Part shown: positions 38,935 to 48,662 of the stretch, in pieces
Layout: each line of letters begins with the position of its first letter
Numbering within the stretch: position 1 is the first letter of the stretch
IMG/VR virus record: IMGVR_UViG_3300030118_007055
Location: 20,210-84,209 of that record
DNA: 64,000 nucleotides
Strand: one strand, 5' to 3'
From: a virus
Position numbers and translations under genes: made by a program
The notes under the pieces: model-generated
What the model saw: only the letters and a program-made list of their open reading frames with translations
Told to the model about the DNA's origin: nothing
Databases searched by the model: none

Positions 38935-39999
38935 CTAAAGATTTAATTCTTTCAAATCTTTGTCAATCATTTTTTTAACAAGGTTTTGAAATGAACTATT
39001 AGGCTTCCAATTTAACTCATTCCTAGCTCTAGCAGAATCACCCCAAAGAGCGCCAACCTCGGCTGGTCTATAAAATTTTGGATCAACCTCCACTAATAGA
39101 TCATCACCATGAAAATATTTAGCGTCTTCTTTAGTTCCTTCCCACCTACACATTGATCTATGAAAACCAGCGACATTGAAAGCTTCCTCGACAAACTCTC
39201 TAATAGTGTGTGTTTCATTAGATGAAAGCACATAGTCATTAGGAGTTTTTTTAACTGCATCAGTTAAGTGCTTTTCTTGGTTTAGCATTCTCCAAACGCC
39301 GTCCATAAAATCTTCAGCATCACTCCAATCTCTAGTAGATTCAATATTACCTAATCTTAAAGGTTCAAAACTTTTTTTATCTGTATAGTCTTTAGATATT
39401 CTTGCTACATTTTTAGTTATTTTTCTTGTAACAAATTCCTCACCTCTTCTATCGCCTTCATGATTGAATAACCAACCTTGAACAGCATAAATATTAAAAG
39501 ATTCTCTATATACTTTAACTATATGTCTGGCTGAGCATTTTGAAGCTCCATAGGGGCTTCTAGGTCTTAAAGGGTGATTTTCATTTTGAGGTTCAAATAC
39601 AATATCTCCAAATTCTTCAGAACTTCCCGCGTTGTAATAGCGACACTGCGGGCAATGCCTTTTTATAGATTCTAGTTGATGTAAAACTGCAATTGAATTA
39701 GTTTGAATATGATTTAGTGGCATATCCCAACTACTACCTACAAATGAATTTGCGGCAAAATTTATAAAGTAATATGGCTTATATTTTTCTATAACTTTAT
39801 CTATATTTTGAGCGTCGGTTACATCTAAGTCTGCTAAAATAAATCTTGGGTTTTCAAGTAGGTTTTTTATATTTATGTGATTTTTAACACTTAATCTTCT
39901 AACTCCTCCAATAATAGTAAAATCTGTATTTTTTAGAAGATAGTCTGCCATTAAACTACCATCTTGACCTGTCACACCTGTTATAATTATTGTTTTCAT
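38935..39999 (-). CDS. gmd: GDP-mannose 4,6-dehydratase
   Basis: ITGVTGQDGS, SFVG.SW, SSEEFG, PRSPYG.SK, FNHE, FVTRKIT and FYRPAEV. Confidence 0.95.
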   Translation of the reverse strand: MKTIIITGVTGQDGSLMADYLLKNTDFTIIGGVRRLSVKNHINIKNLLENPRFILADLDVTDAQNIDKVIEKYKPYYFINFAANSFVGSSWDMPLNHIQTNSIAVLHQLESIKRHCPQCRYYNAGSSEEFGDIVFEPQNENHPLRPRSPYGASKCSARHIVKVYRESFNIYAVQGWLFNHEGDRRGEEFVTRKITKNVARISKDYTDKKSFEPLRLGNIESTRDWSDAEDFMDGVWRMLNQEKHLTDAVKKTPNDYVLSSNETHTIREFVEEAFNVAGFHRSMCRWEGTKEDAKYFHGDDLLVEVDPKFYRPAEVGALWGDSARARNELNWKPNSSFQNLVKKMIDKDLKELNL

Positions 40000-40002
40000 A
40001 AA

Positions 40003-40914
40003 TTACTTATGATTAATATATCTTTTATTATAAGTTTTTCTAATGCCTTCCTCTAAAGATTTAAAAGTAAATGTCGGAAATTTTTGTAAAAACTTTTTTG
40101 AACAAGCATCTTTACGAATTTGGCCATCAGGCTTGCTTGTGTCCCAAACTATTTCCAAATCATTAACATCTAAAGATTTCATAGCTATTGCTGCTATTTC
40201 TCTAATATAATGATTTTCAGGGTTACATACATTGTAAAGAAATGGACGCTGTTCATTTATTAATAATGAAATAGCTTTAGCTAAATCATCAGCATACATA
40301 AACTGTCTAAAAACACACCCTGTTCCAAAAAGAGTAATTTGTTTATGATCGTTAACTTTAGCTTGATGTATTTTGTGTATCAAACTTGATACAAAATGAG
40401 CTTTATCTCCTTCAAAATGATCATGTTCAGAGTATAAATTACATGGTATTACAGAACTATAATTAGTTCCGTATTGTTTGTTATATGCGTCGATTTGCAC
40501 TGACATAGATCTTTTTGCGTATCCGTATGCAAAATTACTTTTGGTTGGCGGCCCTGAATGCAATTGATCTTCCGTCAACGGATAATTCGTTACATGATCA
40601 GGATATATGCAAGTGCTTAAAACTGATATTAAGTTTTTGCATCCACTTTGATAAGCATATCTTATAACGTTTGTATTTATTAAAACATTATCATCAAAAA
40701 AAGTGGCGGGATTGTTTATATTATCCATTATACCGCCAACTTTAGCAGCTAAATGTATTATCAGATCTGGTTTTAAATCATTAAAAAGATTTTTAACTAA
40801 TTTTTGATCTGTTAAATCACAATCTTTACTAGAAAGATATATTGCATCTGGTAGGTATTGTTTTAAATGTTTACCCACCATACTAGAGCCTCCTGTAACT
40901 AAAATTTTACTCAT
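40003..40914 (-). CDS. fcl: GDP-L-fucose synthase (epimerase/reductase)
   Basis: HLAAKVGGI..N, STCIYP, Y.YAKR, PCNLY and WDTSKPDGQ.RK. Confidence 0.92.
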   Translation of the reverse strand: MSKILVTGGSSMVGKHLKQYLPDAIYLSSKDCDLTDQKLVKNLFNDLKPDLIIHLAAKVGGIMDNINNPATFFDDNVLINTNVIRYAYQSGCKNLISVLSTCIYPDHVTNYPLTEDQLHSGPPTKSNFAYGYAKRSMSVQIDAYNKQYGTNYSSVIPCNLYSEHDHFEGDKAHFVSSLIHKIHQAKVNDHKQITLFGTGCVFRQFMYADDLAKAISLLINEQRPFLYNVCNPENHYIREIAAIAMKSLDVNDLEIVWDTSKPDGQIRKDACSKKFLQKFPTFTFKSLEEGIRKTYNKRYINHK

Positions 40915-41521
40915 TTATAGGATCTCTCACTAAGGGTTGAGAAAGGTTTTTTCTAATCACTTCTTGTTTTATACTTGGGCATTCAGCTCCTAAGTCATGT
41001 ATTAAATCATAAAAAAGAATTAAACTTAAAACTTCAACCGTATGAAAGTACTTACAATTCAAATTAATCTCATTTACAGCGTCTTCCAAAATACCTCTTG
41101 ACTGTCCAGAGATCATTGCTGTTTTAAAATTATTTTCTAAAGCCCAGTGACAACATGATATCACATTTTTAGAACTTCCTGAACAAGATAATCCTATTAT
41201 CATGGATTTTTTACTCATTTTGCCGCTATTTTTTTGCAATTCAAGCCATCTTAAAAATAAATGATTATACCCGTAATCATTAGCTATGCTAGTCATTAAA
41301 CATTGACTTTCCATAGCGCTAACTGATTTTTTAATTCCTGCTTTTACAAAAAGTCTAGTGCAATCGTCAGCAGCGTGATTAGCTACCGCCCACAAACCTC
41401 CATTTGCGACTAAGTATATGTCATCGCTTTTTTTAAAATCTTCAGTTAATTTTTTCCACTCAAGGCTATTAAGAGTCGTATCAAATTTATTTTCTATATT
41501 TTCAAAATCAATATGCCTCAT
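40907..41521 (-). CDS. SIS-domain sugar-phosphate isomerase (GmhA-like)
   Basis: NGG..A.A.H, TSIANDYGY..LF and LSCSGSSKNV. Confidence 0.8.
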   Translation of the reverse strand: MRHIDFENIENKFDTTLNSLEWKKLTEDFKKSDDIYLVANGGLWAVANHAADDCTRLFVKAGIKKSVSAMESQCLMTSIANDYGYNHLFLRWLELQKNSGKMSKKSMIIGLSCSGSSKNVISCCHWALENNFKTAMISGQSRGILEDAVNEINLNCKYFHTVEVLSLILFYDLIHDLGAECPSIKQEVIRKNLSQPLVRDPINE

Positions 41522-41528
41522 GATAAGA

Positions 41529-42680
41529 TTATATACTTTTTTTAATTATTTCTAAACTTTGTTCAACTTCAATTTCTTTTACTGCTAAATTTGGCCTCAT
41601 TCTAATTGAATTTTTTCCAGTAGGGTTACATAGCATGCCATTTAAAAATAATTTTTTATAAAATTTATCTCTTAAAACTTTAGACTCAAAATCAAAGGCT
41701 AATAATAAACCTTTAGATCTTACATTATGTATATCTTTAATTTGCGATAACTGTGTAGTTAGAATCTTTCCCATTTTAGTAGCGTTTTCTTTTAGTTTGT
41801 TTTTTTTAATTGCTTTGATTATATAGTGGCATCTTATCATATCTATAAGATCGCCATCAAATGTTACGGACAATTTCTTTGGCATTTCAAAAACTTTAGA
41901 ATGAGATTCTTTTACCATTATGCCAGAAACTTGTGATTTTTTGCCAAAAACTACAATATCAGGAAAAACTTCTAAATGTTCAAAATACCAAGTTTTACCT
42001 GTGCTACAAAAGCCTGTTTGAACTTCATCAAAAATCAATGGCACATTTTTCTCTTTGCATTTTTTGTAAAGAGATTGTAATTGATTTTTATCTAGATAAT
42101 TATCTCCAAAAGTGGATTGTATAGGTTCTACTAGAACTCCCTGAACTTTATCGTTATCATTTATAGCATTTATAGCTTCATCTATGGATGAGGCATGAAT
42201 TTGTTTATCATGATAATCTCGAAAAATATCACCAAGCCTCTCATCCACTGCTGCGAAACGCGTTGTTAAAAAATTACCAACTGAATTAATACCATGAAAG
42301 CTATTTGCTATTGAAATAATTTTGGCATCTGGATCTGGATTTTTATGCCACATGGCAGTTTTTACAGCCGCCTCATTTGCTAAACCTCCAGTACAAGTAA
42401 AGTGATAATTTTTGTAAACATCTAAACATGTAAACTCTTTAAAACATTTATAAAACTTATCAAACTCATCAGATAAAATTTCGCAATTAACTAATTTAAG
42501 TTTGCAAGCTCTACTAATATCTTTTTTAAACTGTCTATTTTTAAATATTCTATGATTGTAACCAAGAGGAAGCGATGAATACATCCCCATAAAATCTAAA
42601 TATTTTTTTTTAGTAGTTTTATCATAAATATAACTACCTTTGCTTTTGTCAAAATTTATTTTGATGTTAAATAAACTCAT
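41529..42680 (-). CDS. class III PLP aminotransferase (lysine 6-aminotransferase-like)
   Basis: YLDF.GMYSSLPLGYNH, GLANEAAVK, SFHG, VEPIQ, LIFDEVQTG and FGKK. Confidence 0.88.
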   Translation of the reverse strand: MSLFNIKINFDKSKGSYIYDKTTKKKYLDFMGMYSSLPLGYNHRIFKNRQFKKDISRACKLKLVNCEILSDEFDKFYKCFKEFTCLDVYKNYHFTCTGGLANEAAVKTAMWHKNPDPDAKIISIANSFHGINSVGNFLTTRFAAVDERLGDIFRDYHDKQIHASSIDEAINAINDNDKVQGVLVEPIQSTFGDNYLDKNQLQSLYKKCKEKNVPLIFDEVQTGFCSTGKTWYFEHLEVFPDIVVFGKKSQVSGIMVKESHSKVFEMPKKLSVTFDGDLIDMIRCHYIIKAIKKNKLKENATKMGKILTTQLSQIKDIHNVRSKGLLLAFDFESKVLRDKFYKKLFLNGMLCNPTGKNSIRMRPNLAVKEIEVEQSLEIIKKSI

Positions 42681-43053
42681 GCGACATAAGATCTTTCATA
42701 CAATTTTTCCAACTTTCAAATCTAAATGATTTGTCATCTACATAAAATACAGCCCTTGGTTTTTCTGAAGTTACGCTAGTAACAAAACAATCTAATTTAT
42801 ATTTTTTTAACCAGTCCCAAATCAACTCATCTCCTGTTTTATTGTTGATAAGCATGCGGTCTTTCCTAGCTTTTGCGCTAAAAATTATTATTTGATACTT
42901 CTCAGATAGCTTTTTTAAAGCATCGTAAACGCCCTCCACTGGTTCGTCATATACAGTCCCATCATAAAAACCTTTTGAATTTTTATGAATTACTCCGTCA
43001 AAATCTATTCCAACTTGATATGTTTCGTCAGGAAATGAGTGTTCTCTAATCAC
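42667..43053 (-). CDS. small HAD-superfamily phosphatase
   Basis: IDFDGVIH, IFSA and KP.A.FYVDDK. Confidence 0.8.
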   Translation of the reverse strand: MIREHSFPDETYQVGIDFDGVIHKNSKGFYDGTVYDEPVEGVYDALKKLSEKYQIIIFSAKARKDRMLINNKTGDELIWDWLKKYKLDCFVTSVTSEKPRAVFYVDDKSFRFESWKNCMKDLMSHEFI

Positions 43054-44179
43054 TTGAATCAGCTGGGTAAATGTGATTAATATCTTCTCTGTTTACGGCT
43101 AATCTTATAGACTGTTCAGATCCTATAGCAGTTATTTTATGGTGTTTATATCGCTCAATAAATACAATATCGCCTTGTTTTACAGTCATAGTTTCGCCAT
43201 CAACAAACCACTCCCATTCACCTTTTACTATGTACCACCACTCATCCCAGTCACTATGATAGTGTAAACGATTTCCCTCTCCAGGCATTTGCGCTATGAG
43301 CGTAACACAAGTTGATTTAGAGTTTATTAATGTATGAGACCAAAACTTATCTTTTGGATTATTATCTATTATTTGTTTTATAGAAGCTACATCTTTATTA
43401 AAATTATCCATGTTGTTATTATCCGTAACACCATCCTCTAATAAAACTCTTAATCTATCATTATCATAAACTTCTCCAGCTTGATAATATTGCACTTTAA
43501 AATTTTCTTTTGATTTTAGATAACGAGCAGTTATCTCAGCTAATTGAAAATCCTCCTCAGTGTCTATGTCTATAGTAGAGTAACCTTTTAAGGTAAAATA
43601 TCCAACTTTGCCATCTCCCCCATGATAAGCCGCGTTATATTTTTTCATATTTTCTAAAAAATTAGACTTATCCCAACCCATTAAAGAGCAAGCGTAAGTT
43701 TTTATAGGTTCTAATTCTTGAGACGGAGGCGTTACTTTTTGTTTATCAAAGTTTATAGAAGTGCCTTGATACAGAGACTCTATTTGTTGATCAACAGTGG
43801 AAATTAAAGTGTCATAATTATCCATTTCTGAAATAAAGTTTTTTATTTCTTTTACTGTTATAAATGGTGAAGTAGGTAGAATTTGAATTAGTTTATGGCA
43901 ATCTACATTTTGTAAAAAATCTTCAGCAAAATGATCATTTGTTTTATCGTCCTCTGATAGATATTCAGGTCTATGATAAAACTTAATTTTATATTTTTCT
44001 GCTATTTCTTTAAATATCAAAGACTCTGAGTTTAAGTAAATTTCATCAAAGCATTCAGATTGTATGGCTACCTCTATAGCGTAAGCTACTAAAGGTTTAT
44101 CATTTAAAATCCTTAGATTTTTTTTTGTAATTCTTTTGCTGCCGAGTCTGGCAGGTATCATAGCTACTAATTTACTCAT
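43046..44179 (-). CDS. CMP-sugar synthetase (NeuA/KdsB-like cytidylyltransferase) fused to a cupin
   Basis: IPARLGSKRI..KN, PTSPF and IDIDTEEDF; C-terminal H.H...DEWW......H cupin. Confidence 0.88.
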   Translation of the reverse strand: MSKLVAMIPARLGSKRITKKNLRILNDKPLVAYAIEVAIQSECFDEIYLNSESLIFKEIAEKYKIKFYHRPEYLSEDDKTNDHFAEDFLQNVDCHKLIQILPTSPFITVKEIKNFISEMDNYDTLISTVDQQIESLYQGTSINFDKQKVTPPSQELEPIKTYACSLMGWDKSNFLENMKKYNAAYHGGDGKVGYFTLKGYSTIDIDTEEDFQLAEITARYLKSKENFKVQYYQAGEVYDNDRLRVLLEDGVTDNNNMDNFNKDVASIKQIIDNNPKDKFWSHTLINSKSTCVTLIAQMPGEGNRLHYHSDWDEWWYIVKGEWEWFVDGETMTVKQGDIVFIERYKHHKITAIGSEQSIRLAVNREDINHIYPADSSD

Positions 44180-45026
44180 TGCTCAAAAACTTTTCTTTTA
44201 AATAATCGTCTAAGTATAAAGGATTTAAATGATATTTTCTAATAATTTTTTTGAAATAATTTATTTGGGGCTTTTGAACATGTATGTCAGACCGAGATGC
44301 GCGAGCATCTACAAGTCTATCAGGATTCCAAGATCCATAAGTGTCTCCAGTCGCCGCTTTGATTGAATCATAATATTCATCAAAATAAACATTGCCCCAT
44401 TTATCCATATCAAAAAATGTCATGCCCGTTAAAAAAAGTTCCTCTATTTTGTAATTTAGTAATACAATTAAACTTGCAAAACCCGTGTTGCATATTGTTC
44501 CTACTTCTTTAAATATTTTAAATAGATAACCATCACAAACATTATGATAAGGAACTCCAGTAGCATCAAACCATTTATTTTGTTCGTTTAAATCCCACAT
44601 TGATAACATTGGACAAACTAAAAGTTTTAAGCTTTTTATATAATCTTTATTTTGATTACACTCCCACACGTTTAAATGATTAAAGCTGCCAAACATAATA
44701 TCAGTCTTACTTCCAAAGTCTTTATATTTGTTTTCTGGTATGGCGAATTTTTGATTTAATCTAATTACAATATCATAAGAATCTATTTTTTCTCCATAGT
44801 TTAAACCCTCTAAATGTGGAGATGGACCCACAACAGCTATTTTTTTACCTTCAATTAATTTAGCTAAATTTTGATCTTTTTCATAATCTTTAAAGTCTCC
44901 AACAAAACCTTTAGATTTCAAATCTGACAACTGATCCTCTGGCATTGGCGTACTAGATTGCCACTCATTAACATTTTTTTTAAGGGGTATGCCTATTATA
45001 TTTTTTTTTAGATTTTTACTCCACAT
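44172..45026 (-). CDS. GT29 sialyltransferase-like glycosyltransferase
   Basis: Sialylmotif-L-like IAVVGPS..L....GEKIDSYDIVIRLN, S-like NTGF...LTGMTFF and a C-terminal His; adjacent to the CMP-sugar synthetase. Confidence 0.75.
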   Translation of the reverse strand: MWSKNLKKNIIGIPLKKNVNEWQSSTPMPEDQLSDLKSKGFVGDFKDYEKDQNLAKLIEGKKIAVVGPSPHLEGLNYGEKIDSYDIVIRLNQKFAIPENKYKDFGSKTDIMFGSFNHLNVWECNQNKDYIKSLKLLVCPMLSMWDLNEQNKWFDATGVPYHNVCDGYLFKIFKEVGTICNTGFASLIVLLNYKIEELFLTGMTFFDMDKWGNVYFDEYYDSIKAATGDTYGSWNPDRLVDARASRSDIHVQKPQINYFKKIIRKYHLNPLYLDDYLKEKFLSNE

Positions 45027-45036
45027 AATATTAAAT

Positions 45037-45876
45037 TTAAAATTTGCAATTGCATGTTTCTTTAAAAAACTTTAAGGTTTCATTATTAAAACATTCGTTT
45101 GTAAAAAAATCAATACCTCTCTGCATTTCCTCATCGCTACAAACACCCCAGCCTTGACAATAATGCCAAACTTTTATTTGTTTGCTTTTTGATATATATT
45201 CATGTGTGCTAGTAAAAAGTTTATTGTTAATGACTTTATATTTTTTAATATATTTAGCCCAAGGTAATGAGTTAGGTTGAGCTACAAAGTTTCCTTTTGA
45301 TCTAACGTTATAAACTACATCTGAATTTTTAAAATCCCCATCGACCGTTTTGTTTTTAAATCCAGTCAACACACTCGTTCGATTACAAATAATGTTTAAA
45401 GCTGCTTGTTCTTGATAAGTAAATTTATTTTCATTCCAAAGACGTAATAAATAACTTAGACTGTCTTTATTGTTAAAGCAAACTACATCTGCATTAACGT
45501 GATTTTCGCTAGTAGATACTGCAAGATTGTTAACTTGTAGATCATACGGATAATCTAATGTCGTCAAAATATCATGAGTGTTATCATTTAAAAATTCATG
45601 TAATCTGGAGCATGTTATTGTATCTGCCCCTAAAATAATTAATTTATCTAAATTTTTATTTTCAAGAAGCAAATAACCTAAACCATATTTAAACGGTCCA
45701 GCTGGAATATTTTTTCTCATTGTTTTTTTAGCGAACTTTATAAACTCACAGTCGCTAGTATAATCAAAAGAATACATTTCTACATCTGGATGAAATGCAG
45801 TGAAACTATTTACCGCATTGTCATGTAAATTTTTAAATTTTTTATGGTCAGAATATATTAGACAGCCTACTTTCAT
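45037..45876 (-). CDS. GT-A fold glycosyltransferase (GT8-like)
   Basis: IILGADTI, VNADVV, EQAALN and WHY. Confidence 0.6.
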   Translation of the reverse strand: MKVGCLIYSDHKKFKNLHDNAVNSFTAFHPDVEMYSFDYTSDCEFIKFAKKTMRKNIPAGPFKYGLGYLLLENKNLDKLIILGADTITCSRLHEFLNDNTHDILTTLDYPYDLQVNNLAVSTSENHVNADVVCFNNKDSLSYLLRLWNENKFTYQEQAALNIICNRTSVLTGFKNKTVDGDFKNSDVVYNVRSKGNFVAQPNSLPWAKYIKKYKVINNKLFTSTHEYISKSKQIKVWHYCQGWGVCSDEEMQRGIDFFTNECFNNETLKFFKETCNCKF

Positions 45877-46646
45877 TGATTTTTAATTTGCTTAAATGTT
45901 TTCTTTAATCCTTTTTTTAAACCTAAAACTTTTACAGGTAAATCAATTTTTGGACCAATGTAATGATCATAACTATAACTTTCAACTTCTATTTTTGATT
46001 TAAAATCGCTTATTGAATTTATAAAGTTAGCCACATTAAAAAGAGTAAGTTTGTCTTTATAGCAACAATCTATCTCTTTTTTTGGGTTTTTTGATTCAAT
46101 GTAATATTCAACTAAGGAGCATAAATCAGGCATATAGATGTAATCCATCATTTTGTTGTTGAATATAGATATTTTTTCTTTGGCTAAATTAGACTTTATA
46201 GATCGTTTTATAAATTTAGTTTCTGGCTCATTTTCATCAAACACTCCATAGATTCTAAGGTCATAAAAATTCTCTGTTTCATGAATAAAATTATTAATTA
46301 ATTTTTTACTCAACCCATAATACTTAGGTTGTAATGTAAATTGCGCTCCTGATCCAAAGTTAAGTAACTTGCCAAAATTTTTTTTATTTTTTAATATATT
46401 TAAAAATATATTAATATTACTTTTTAAACAGTTTATGTTGTCAGGATATACTCTGTTGCCACCTACTATGGCTGAATGTATTACTACATCATAAAATGAT
46501 TTATTAAAAAATTCATCAGTTTTCACTGTATTCTCTAATGAAAAGTCCTCTCTACCAATGGCAGTAACTTCATGCTTGGCAGAAAGATATTTTCTCAGCT
46601 CAGTGGCTATATATCCAGATTTTCCAGTTATAAGAATTTTTTTCAT
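45873..46646 (-). CDS. NAD-dependent epimerase/reductase (extended SDR)
   Basis: ILITGKSGYI, FGSGA and YGLSK. Confidence 0.85.
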   Translation of the reverse strand: MKKILITGKSGYIATELRKYLSAKHEVTAIGREDFSLENTVKTDEFFNKSFYDVVIHSAIVGGNRVYPDNINCLKSNINIFLNILKNKKNFGKLLNFGSGAQFTLQPKYYGLSKKLINNFIHETENFYDLRIYGVFDENEPETKFIKRSIKSNLAKEKISIFNNKMMDYIYMPDLCSLVEYYIESKNPKKEIDCCYKDKLTLFNVANFINSISDFKSKIEVESYSYDHYIGPKIDLPVKVLGLKKGLKKTFKQIKNQ

Positions 46647-47113
46647 TTAGATAAGTTTAAATATGCTGGTTCAGGCTTATTTAAAAAGTTATCAAAAGTT
46701 TTTTTATCTAAAGAATCAGGTTTAAACCTTTTTATATTTTTAAAGTTTTTTAATATTTTTAAATCATCCTCAGCCCAATGAGAAAAACCTAAATTACCGT
46801 AATCTTTATCTCTACCACCTCCTATTAATTTTACTGGCATCTTTTCATGATCAATATAATTTCTTATAAATTCAAAAGGTCTGTACAGTAAAAAAGGAGT
46901 TATTGAATAACAGATCGGTATTTTTTGTTCCATGCACATGCCTACTGCTGCGCCAATCATAAGTTGCTCTGATGAGCCAAAGTCATAAAATCTATCTGGA
47001 TAATCTATTTTTATTTGATCCCAAAGCCCATAACCTAAATCAGCTGTTAAAAGCTGAATGTTATGATCTGTGGCCATTGCCTCATGTAACATTATTGCAA
47101 ATTTTTTTCTCAT
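46643..47113 (-). CDS. transketolase-like pyrimidine-binding subunit (no C-terminal domain)
   Basis: LTADLGYG, G.SEQ.MIG.A.G, FL..RPFE.IR and G.SH..ED. Confidence 0.88.
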   Translation of the reverse strand: MRKKFAIMLHEAMATDHNIQLLTADLGYGLWDQIKIDYPDRFYDFGSSEQLMIGAAVGMCMEQKIPICYSITPFLLYRPFEFIRNYIDHEKMPVKLIGGGRDKDYGNLGFSHWAEDDLKILKNFKNIKRFKPDSLDKKTFDNFLNKPEPAYLNLSK

Positions 47114-47721
47114 ATGGATTTGTAATCATTTTCTGACATTATGTGATAATGCCCATTGAGACCTTTTAAAAATTTGTACTTATCGACTTTTGTTTCTATG
47201 ATTTTTATGCTTGGTAAGAAAGCTTTTAGTCTATCCCTTAAATAAGCTTGATCAACTGTGTTGTAAGCGCAATATCCATTACAGTTAACATATACATGTA
47301 TATTTTGTATGTTCTTTTCTTTGATGCATTTTAATGACTCCCAGACAGACCCTTCAGCGGCCTCTCCATCACTTATAAGAACATAATAATTTTTATTTTT
47401 ATTAACTAGCGCCCTGCCTACAGCAACAGTAATACCCATGCCTAAACTTCCTGTAGAGCAATGAATTCCATATTTTAAATTTCTGTGTGGATGGCCACCT
47501 AATTGATTGAATAAAGTTTCCGCACATTGAAACTCAAAATGCTCCAATACAACATAAAGAGCTAAAGCTGCATGACCAGAAGACAATATAAAAACATCAT
47601 TTTTATTTTTATTTAAATAAATATTATAAATTATAGGTAAAGCAGTTAAACAAGAAGTGAGGTGGCTTATTTTGTATTTATAAGCTATGTCTAAAAGTCT
47701 ACGCTCTAATTTTTTTACCAT
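47110..47721 (-). CDS. transketolase-like TPP-binding N-terminal subunit
   Basis: FILSSGHA, STGSLGMG and SDGEAAEGSVWE...VNCN. Confidence 0.9.
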   Translation of the reverse strand: MVKKLERRLLDIAYKYKISHLTSCLTALPIIYNIYLNKNKNDVFILSSGHAALALYVVLEHFEFQCAETLFNQLGGHPHRNLKYGIHCSTGSLGMGITVAVGRALVNKNKNYYVLISDGEAAEGSVWESLKCIKEKNIQNIHVYVNCNGYCAYNTVDQAYLRDRLKAFLPSIKIIETKVDKYKFLKGLNGHYHIMSENDYKSI

Positions 47722-48659
47722 ATGAATTTATTATTATAATAATCTATAATTTTTGGTAATTCATCGTCAAAAACCGCCTCTGGAGACCATCCTAACTTTT
47801 TAATTTTATCATCGTTGAGGGCATATCTCATATCTTGGCCATCTCTATCATATGAAAAGTCTGCGTGGTCCTCTACTGACCCCTTATCCAAATGATTTAA
47901 TATTTTTTGGAAAACTGTATAATTTCTCTCTTCAAAAGATCCAGCTATATTATATATTTGATTGTAAGCTCCTACATCAATAATTTTCATGACTGCTGAG
48001 GCTGTATCTTTAGCATGTAGCCAATTTCTCACTGGTAAACCCTTGTTATGTAAAGGCAGTTTTCTTTTTAAGTGTATGTATTTACAAGCTTTAGGTATTA
48101 ATTTTTCAACATACTGACCCATGCCATAATTGTTTGTAGGTCTAACTATTACGTAGGAGATTTGATGGGTTCGTTGCCAAGCCATTATTAGCATATCAGC
48201 TGCTGCTTTAGTTGCTGAATATGGGTTACTTGGTATTAAAGGATCTGTCTCTAAGTGTTCTCCCCTGTTAATATCCCCGTATACTTCATCAGTGCTAAAA
48301 TGTATTAAGATAGGTTTTTTAGAAGTTTCTTGCCTATAGTTTTTTAGTAATTTCAATAAATTATGGACACCATTTATATTAGATGAAATAAAATCATCGC
48401 TATTTGATATGGAGTTACCAACATGAGTTTCAGCTGCCGTGTTGATTACATAATCACACTCATATAAAAATTTTAAATCATTTATATCAGACTTAACAAA
48501 AGAAAATCTTTCATTTAATTTAAACTCTTCAAGTAGATCTTTATTTGATGCGTAAGAGCATTTATCAACACCCTTAACAAAATAACCTTTTTGTAAACAT
48601 GCTCGTGTTATGTACGAGCCTATAAATCCTAAACAGCCAGTGATATAAACTACTTTCAT
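47715..48659 (-). CDS. rfbB: NDP(dTDP)-glucose 4,6-dehydratase
   Basis: TG.LGFIGS, AAETHV, STDEVYG, NPYSATKAA, NNYG and DR.GQD.RY. Confidence 0.88.
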   Translation of the reverse strand: MKVVYITGCLGFIGSYITRACLQKGYFVKGVDKCSYASNKDLLEEFKLNERFSFVKSDINDLKFLYECDYVINTAAETHVGNSISNSDDFISSNINGVHNLLKLLKNYRQETSKKPILIHFSTDEVYGDINRGEHLETDPLIPSNPYSATKAAADMLIMAWQRTHQISYVIVRPTNNYGMGQYVEKLIPKACKYIHLKRKLPLHNKGLPVRNWLHAKDTASAVMKIIDVGAYNQIYNIAGSFEERNYTVFQKILNHLDKGSVEDHADFSYDRDGQDMRYALNDDKIKKLGWSPEAVFDDELPKIIDYYNNKFIW

Positions 48660-48662
48660 TGT

